A DNA stretch of 64,000 bases from the human T2T-CHM13v2.0 reference genome, Homo sapiens, in assembly GCF_009914755.1 (NCBI RefSeq), contig NC_060926.1; one strand, given 5' to 3'. The position numbers and the translations under genes were made by a program. Positions 56,510-64,000 of the stretch are shown here, piece by piece. The notes under the pieces are model-generated. The model was not told the DNA's origin, did not search any database, and was given only the letters and a program-made list of their open reading frames with translations. Position 1 is the stretch's first letter, and each line of letters opens with the position of its first letter.

Positions 56510-57040
56510 TAACAGCATTATATCATGCCACCCAAAAAGTTAATGCTTTAAAACAATAGGAAGTTACTATTTCTTATTATTCTATTGGCCAGGAAATAGT
56601 GCTGAACTTGGCTGAGCAATTGCTTTGCTACATTGGGGTTAACTGCGATCACTCATTTAGCTATGTTCAGCTGACTGCTGGGATGGGCTGGAAGGACCAA
56701 GAAAGCTTCATTCATATCTTTGTTGCCTTGGTGCTCTTCCACATGGCCGCTTTCTCCAGATGGTGTTCTTTATTTGACTTTCTAACCTGAGCTTTCTTGC
56801 AGCATGACAGCTGGCTTCCCCAAAGAAGGCTAAGCAGAAGGTACAATGGTTCATCCTGCCTAGTCTCAGGAGCTACCCAGTGCCACTGCTGCCACATTCT
56901 GTTGGTAAAAGCAAGTCTCAGGAGAAGTGCAAGTTTAAGGGTAGGGGAAGTACAGTTTGATGAAAAGAGTGACAAAATCTCAGTGCAACAGTCATGTGGG
57001 ATAAGAGATACTGTAACCATCTTTAGAAACACTCTACCAG
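56510..57040 (-). mobile_element. MLT1 (G/H-like) LTR
   Basis: cacccaaaaagttaatgctttaaaacaa...ctgccacattctgttggtaaaagcaagtc...catctttagaaac. Confidence 0.8.
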
Positions 57041-58043
57041 ATTTATTTAGTAAGAATTTTCAGTTCAAAAACATTATTCTTAGTTTTAGAAAATTCCCTT
57101 TTATTACCTTTTCTCCCTCTCTGTTATATTCTTTGTTTTATCATTTAGGAACTCCTGTTAGATGAGATCTAACTAACAGGGACATGATCTTCTATGTCTT
57201 AACTTTTCTTCCTAGCTCTATTTTTTATCTTTTAGAGGATTTCTTTAGTTTTTTTCCTCAAAGTCTATTGAATTTCTTGTATTTTCAAAGACATTTTAAA
57301 ATTTCCATGAACTCTTTGGTATTCTTTGATTGCATATTCTTCTTAGCAGTGTGTTCTTGTTTTCTGTAGGCAACTTGTTCTCTAATATTTTTAAAGTTGA
57401 AAGTTATTTTTTATTCCCTCAATTATCACTGTTTCTTTCGAGGTCACTGTTTTATTTCCTCATTATATTTATGAACAATGGACAAAAAGACAAGCTGTTT
57501 AACAGGGAGCATGTTTGAGTTTCCTCACAAGTGTCTAGTCTTGTTGAACCAACAAGTTTCTCCCATTCATTGAAAGCTGAGTGTGAATATGGTCACTAAA
57601 AAGCTTTACTTAAGGGAGTAAGATCTGAAAGCAAGCAGGCAAACAGACCAACTCTATCCTGTTTTATACCAATAAGGACAGCTTTGCTCTGAAGTGCTTC
57701 TGGCATACTGGTCAGTTTCTTTAGATATTAGTTCTTTGGTTTTATTGTGGAGGCAAACATTGTGGCCATCTTATAGAGGGTGGGATGGGGTTGGGAAGGG
57801 GCCAAGTAGTACAATTGCTCTGTAAATAATCCCTGACTAAATCATCTTGATTTCTGTCCCTCTTTTTAGCCCAGCTCACTCCAAGCTTAGAGCCTCTCTT
57901 TTACTTTGTTGCTGAGAAAATGGCTCCTACCCCTCTTGCAGCCTTTTCAGTATCCATTCTACATTCTCTCTTCCAGAAATTTATCAAAAGCCCTGGTTAC
58001 CTGATACTTTCTCCTCTCCTTTGCAATACTGTTATCCACTTAT

Positions 58044-58273
58044 TTTTTTTTTCAGCTTAAAGTAATAAAAATTTGTTGTGAATTCCTAGGTTAGTGGTTA
58101 TCTCCTCTCAGCCTCAAGGGAGGGAACAACACTGCAAAAAATCACTGAGAAAGCTCACACTGTTCCAACAGCCCTGGCCAACACAGGAAGGAGGAAGGTA
58201 ATTCCCCAGAAAAAGGGTTGGTCTTGTCTTTCTTAATCCAACAGGGGTTAGGAGGACAGGTGCAGGGGACCAG
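58044..58273 (-). pseudogene. Putative processed retrocopy of an unidentified transcript 3' end (~220 bp plus polyA)
   Basis: TSD tccacttat at 58035 and 58274; T10 tract; AACAAA (AATAAA-like) ~20 nt from the tail on the minus strand; matches no repeat I recognise. Confidence 0.65.
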
Positions 58274-58476
58274 TCCACTTATCTTTTTGTACTTCTTTAC
58301 TGTTCTTACTTTGAGATGTTTTCAGTTGGCCACATTGAAATGGAAGATTACAACATGATATTAACGGTTACTTGGTATTCCACTATATAAATGGACTACA
58401 ACTGCTTAGATGAGCAGTTAGATTGTTTTCATTGTTTGGTTACTATTCTTGTAAATGTGTAAAAAGAAAAAATATG

Positions 58477-58765
58477 TTTTTCTTTTTTTTGAGACAGGGT
58501 CTCACTCTGTCACCCAGGCTCAAATGCAGTGGTGCCATCATAGCTCATCATAACCTCAAACTCTTGGGCTTAAGCCATCTTCCCACTTAGCTGGGACTAC
58601 AGGTGTGTGCCACCATGCCTGGTTAATTTTTAAATTTTTTTTTTTTGTAGAGATGGGGTCTCCCTATATTTCCCAGGCTGATCTTGAACTCGTGGCCTCA
58701 AGCGATCCTCCCTCTTTGGCCTCCCAAAGTGTTGGGATTACAGACGTGAGCCAGTAAGCCCAGCC
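58477..58765 (-). mobile_element. AluJ
   Basis: J-type dimer; TSD aaatatgtt. Confidence 0.93.
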
Positions 58766-59251
58766 AAATATGTTATTTTAAAGATAGTTAAGTCTTTATG
58801 GGCATAGCTGGAATAGGCTGGATGAGTTGATGAAACGGTTAAAATGTTCCTCATAAGAAATAAGATTTTTTTAAAGGGAGTAAATGGGTTTGGGAAAACA
58901 AGTTTAAAAGATCGAGGAGAATCAGCAATATAGCAATAAATTGAAGCCCAGGTAGAAGAGAAAGCCAGAAATAAGGGGGACTTTGTGAGGAGATGGGTGT
59001 CTATGATTAGTGTTAAGTTGTTGGCTGTGCTTTGCTCCCCTGTAACATCCTCTGTAGCCTCACATCTGCAGTAGAGTCTGCTATACACAGTCTTTGGGGA
59101 GAGAAGGGATTGGGCAGTGCTCAGAAACAAAAAGAAGATGCAGAAAAAAGACATTGGGGATGATAAATGCAGCAGTAATACATACTTGAACCCAGAAGGT
59201 ACTAGCAGAATATAAACAAGGCCCACTCTGCCTACCCATATACATATAGTG

Positions 59252-59411
<160 letters not shown>

Positions 59412-59659
59412 TGAAACTTGAATGCTAATTCTTTATATCAAGTCTCTTCCACTCCATCTCAGTCTCTTTTTACCTAGGCTACACAGTGTCAGGTGAAGTC
59501 CTCTTCCTTTTAATCAGAAGTAGTTTCCAGAAGGCCTTAGGGGAGTGAGGATGGATTGCTTGAACTTACCCCCATTCTACTGTGTAAGGGCTAGGCATGC
59601 CCAAGTTGTCTTGAAGGGCTAGCTTGCCTCTCTCACAGTATCCTCTGTATCACTTAAGA

Positions 59660-60030
59660 GAACTTACTGTTGTGAAAGAAAGCCTAACTCACACTACCTT
59701 ATAAATAAGAGAGGGAAATGATTCACTGACTTAAAGTCCTAGAGTAGGGTAGGCTTTAAGTTTGGCTTAGTCCTGTCTCCCTCTTTTATTGTTGTTACTC
59801 TTCAAGTGGCCAGAAAATGGCTATAGATTTTTTCCTGGCTTCCCATGCATACAAAAACAGCACCCAGAGCAGGGAGAAAGGATGTCTTCCAGGAATTTCT
59901 CTTAAGGGGACATTTTTCCCAGGGGCCCTCAGCAAACCTTCCCTCACTTCTCACTGGTAACATGTCCATTCTTTAACCAATCCTAGTTCTCAATGGATCC
60001 TGAACCAGTTAAGAGAGATGAGATCACGAC
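59660..60030 (-). mobile_element. MLT1 (J/K-like) LTR relic
   Basis: gaaagcctaactcacact; aagtcctagagtagg; cctcagcaaaccttccctcacttctcactgg..catgtccattctttaaccaatc. Confidence 0.6.
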
Positions 60031-60479
60031 GATTAAATGAAACTGGGAGAGGAGGAAGTTAGACAGCTTTAATGTCCAGTGTGTGCTCTTCATAGTAAGG
60101 GGTCTCCTCCTCCATCTCTGATGCCCATATGAAAGAATCTCACCAATTAAACACAATTTTCTTCATGTCCTCTCTCTGATTCCAGGCCTCTGCTAAGGAG
60201 AGGTGGCATTTAATCTTGGTTTCCCATTACTCTCCAAGCCCATGACTATTTTCTGATCTGTCCCAATAAGCTTTAGCTTTTGCCTCTCCTTAGTTGGATT
60301 TTCAGCATCCAAGTGGTTGTTAAGAAATTCCCATTTTCTCTACACCCTACCAAATATTTTACTCCATGAGTACTACCCTTCTACCCTTTGTACAAATCTT
60401 GGTGTCCTCAGCTGTCTCTGGAATATTGCCATGACAATCCTTTGCCTCCTCCTGTATCTGCTCCATGAAGTTTGTAGTT

Positions 60480-60720
60480 TGCTAGACACTAGAGGATATA
60501 CTCATTTCAAATGTTGTTAAATATTTTCAATTGCTTTTCAAAGAGATGGCACCAAATTATACTCTGAATAAGAAATGAGTACCTATGTCCCATTACATGC
60601 TTGCCAACACTGTGTGCCATCAAGCTTTTTGATCATTGCTCATTTTATAGGTTAAAAGCTGGAATTGTTAATCTCATTAATTTCTTTGTCAGCTGGAGTA
60701 CATCTTCAAGTAATTATTTT
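60480..60720 (-). mobile_element. Old L1M fragment
   Basis: caattgcttttcaaagagatggcaccaaattatactc; cttgccaacactg. Confidence 0.55.
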
Positions 60721-60736
60721 TTCTTGAAAACGAAGA

Positions 60737-61125
<389 letters not shown>

Positions 61126-61477
61126 ATTCCTGCATGAAATATTTTCTGAGCCCTCATGTACAACTATCTATTGCCTACCCACACGAATGACACATCTGAG
61201 AGTTCTAGGGTCACAGTACAATCGTATCCTGGTTGTTGAACAGTTATGCGGCTAGTCTGATAATTTGCTCTTGTTTTGCATTCTTGAAAATTATGTTTCT
61301 TCTTTTTGTCATGTAGATATTTTTTCCAGGATTTATTTAGTTATAAGTTTAGTTTTGTTTTTTTTTGTGTGTGTGTGAACATATCAGTTTCTCTCAGAAA
61401 CATTTTCTTATAGTTTTACAATTGTCATTATTCATTAGTTATAGTTTCTTTTTCAGGAAACCCAATTTTTTAAAATT

Positions 61478-61603
61478 TAATTTTATTATTTTTTTGAGAC
61501 AAAGTCTCGCTCTGTCACCCAGGCTGGAGTGCAGTGGTGTGATCTTGGCTCACTACAACCTCCCTGGTTCAAGCAATTCCCCTGCCTCAGACTCCTGAGT
61601 AGC
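61478..61603 (-). mobile_element. 5'-truncated Alu (right-arm part)
   Basis: gagacaaagtctcgctctgtcacccagg...cctgagtagc, then stops. Confidence 0.9.
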
Positions 61604-61900
61604 TTTTATTTTTATTTTTTTATTTAAAAAAATTTTAAGTTCTGGGATACATGTACAGAACATGCAGGTTTGGTTTTTTAAATCTTTTAAAATAATTTTT
61701 TATTTTATTTTGTTTTAAGTTCCAGGATGCATGTGCAGGATGTGCAGGTTTGGTTTGTTACATAGGTATATGTGTGCCATGGTGGTTTGCTGCACCTATC
61801 AACCCATCATCTAGGTTTTAGGCCCCTGCATGCATTAGCTATTTGTCCTAATGCTCTCCCTCCCCGTGCCCCCCACCCCCCGACAGGCCCCAGTATGTGT
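61604..61900 (-). mobile_element. Two tandem L1PA 3' ends (L1PA8-like)
   Basis: ttttaagttc..ggat.catgt.cag.a..tgcaggtttggttt occurs twice; the second copy extends to gacaggccccagtatgtgt. Confidence 0.88.
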
Positions 61901-62796
61901 GGAAACCCCAATTTTTAGGAATTTTTTCTTGGCTCCTTATTTCCTGTGTCTATTTGTCATTTTATATCTGGCCCATTTTTTTCTTCACTAACTCTCCTGG
62001 GATAACACACATCTTTCTTGCACATCTTTAAACATCAATAAAACACCAACACATTTTGATTCTTTATTCACATATTTCATTTCTAAGGCATTTAAAAATG
62101 TTACTCTTCTTACAAAGATAGGGCTCTTGCAAAAGAATTCCATTGTCCATAACCACATGGAATTTGCGGACCACATAAGCAGAATTTGCCAAAGCCCATC
62201 CCTGTGACCATCTCAGTTGCATGCACATTTCTTATATAAACATACCTATGTAAGAAATCAAATGCCAAAATGGGCGACATGTGTTTATCATCATACGCTG
62301 CACCAATCACGAACTTTACTTCAGGAAGACTGGGTAATTAAATGTTAGATAACCACATGACTCCTGCAAACAATCATTCTCTATTTCTTATATGCCAGTG
62401 TCGACATCTATAAATAAAAAACTGGGCTTTACGAATCACTGTAAATAATTGTAGACGAATTGGCTGGAGCAATTATATGAAAACCACATCCAGTTGAATC
62501 TTCATGTGTTTTATAATGAGAACAACATAGAAGATCGCCTAGAAGAGTGGTTCTTCATCTTGATTGCACATTAGAACCATCTGGGGATGCATGGATGAAC
62601 CCAAGCACACTGAGCTCCCCAGATGTGGTGCCCACTTTATGCATACTGACTACTTCAAGTGCCTTGAACCATCTGGAAATACTGACAATCCTAATACCTA
62701 CACTGCATATGCCCTTTGATGCAGCTTTTCTATCTCCAAGAATTCATCTTACAGAAATACTTGCCTATAAGCACTAAGATTCATTTTCAAGATATG

Positions 62797-62960
62797 TATT
62801 CATCCAACAAATATTCATGAAGCCAACACTCTTTTAAACATAGATCAGTGAAGGAAGATTACAAGAAGATTATAGTCTTGTGGGAAGGGCCAGATAACAA
62901 ACCCACAAATAGATAAACTAGAAAGGGAACACACAGCTATGAATGTTGTGGAGAGAATTC
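62797..62960 (-). mobile_element. L2 3' end
   Basis: attcatccaacaaatattcatgaagccaac...atagtcttgtgggaagggccaga. Confidence 0.55.
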
Positions 62961-63174
62961 AAATACAGCACCCAATGAGGCCCTTTGAAACTGTAGGCTT
63001 CTTTTTGCTTTGATTTTCCCTATATCCACTCTACTGTGGAAGTCTATGTTAGAGAAGAATCTCTGTGAGGTATCTTCACCCAGTGGGGAGTGGAACCACA
63101 TTCTGACAAGTAAAGCTCAAATCTTTTCTTTTCCAAGATGCCACCAACCTTATCTATGGTTTCTTTCTCTTTTT

Positions 63175-63857
63175 AAATTTGTTTTTTTTATTGTGGTCAA
63201 ATACACCTAACGTAAAATCTATCATTTTAGCCATTTAAAAATGTATAGATCAGTGGCAGTAGCTCCACCATCTGTCTCCAGAACTTTTTCATTATCCCAA
63301 ATGGAAACTCTGCTCATTAAACAATAACTCACCATTATTCCCTTCCCCAACCCCTGATAGCCACAATTCTACTTTCTATCTATGAATTTTAGTATTCTAG
63401 TACCTCATATAAGTGAAATCATGCAGTATTTGCCCTTCTGTGACTGACTTATTTTTCTTAGCATAATGTCCTCAAGGTTCATTCACATTGTAGTATGTGT
63501 CAGAATTTCCTTCTTTTTAAAAGCTGAGTAATATTCCATTGTATGGATATACCACACTTTGTTTACCTATTCATCTGTCAGTGAACATGTGGGTTGCTTC
63601 CACCTCTTGACTATTGCGAATAATGTTGCAATGAGCACAGGTGAGCACATGTTTGTTCAAGAACTTGCCTTTAATTCTTTTGTATATACCCAGAAGCGGA
63701 GTTGCTGGATCATACATGAATTATGTTTTTGATTTTTTGAGAAATTGCAATACTATTTTCCACAGTAGCTGCTCCATTGCTCCATTTACCTTCCCACTGG
63801 CAATGTACAGGGTTCCAATTTATTCACATCCTTGCCAACACTGGTTATTCTCTCTGT

Positions 63858-63904
<47 letters not shown>

Positions 63905-64000
63905 AAAAGCAGTCTTTCTAAAGGGATGAGGTGATAGCTTACTGTGGTTTTAGTTTGTATTTCTCTAATGATTGGTAATGCTGAGAATTTTTTTCGTCGT
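63175..64000 (-). mobile_element. L1MB 3' end (runs off the window)
   Basis: ttattgtggtcaaatacacctaacgtaaaat...ccagaactttttcattatcccaaatggaaactc...tatacccagaagcggagttgctggatca. Confidence 0.9.
63861..63900. repeat. (TG)20 microsatellite
   Basis: Read directly from the sequence. Confidence 0.98.

Larger units (their letters stand above)
56190..58345 (-). mobile_element. HAL1 / old L1 ORF1 and 5' relic, interrupted by an MLT1 and a retrocopy
   Basis: aaggcattgctc...aaaagtctgataccattctgattc; ggaactcctgttaga; ttccagaaatttatcaaaa; tactgttc...ccacattgaaatggaag. Confidence 0.6.

Noticed and set aside
58738-59226. 162-aa minus-strand ORF
   Set aside because: Non-ATG start, low-complexity L/S/F composition from a purine-rich opposite strand, and it ends in an Alu
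62991-63006. ctgtaggctt plus T-run matching the 5S rRNA 3' end
   Set aside because: Only 10 nt match, with no upstream similarity

Overview
Primate (human-like) genomic DNA, dominated by repeats. No recognisable protein-coding gene is present; the longer ORFs in the track map mainly to L1, Alu, MER52 LTR or microsatellite sequence. Content: a ~5.5 kb minus-strand L1PA7/8-like element (5'UTR, ORF1, ORF2 and a truncated ORF0, all disabled), a near-full-length ancient L1ME, HAL1/L1M/L2/MIR relics, 16 Alu/FLAM copies (14 on the minus strand), solo LTRs (MER52, MLT1, LTR33, LTR47), DNA-transposon relics, a 5S rRNA retro-fragment and an unidentified mRNA retrocopy. The best-supported unusual structure is a small post-insertion inversion (~5211-5575). 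It flipped the L1 3' end, one TSD copy and half of the MIR into which the L1 had inserted; it is bounded by a 350-bp purine/pyrimidine-alternating tract and a fold-back junction. Other leads are a 72-bp palindrome, a duplicated octamer module, and unverified splice-site/enhancer candidates. I see no evidence for a novel multi-gene system. Subfamily names are from memory of consensus sequences and boundaries of old repeats are approximate.
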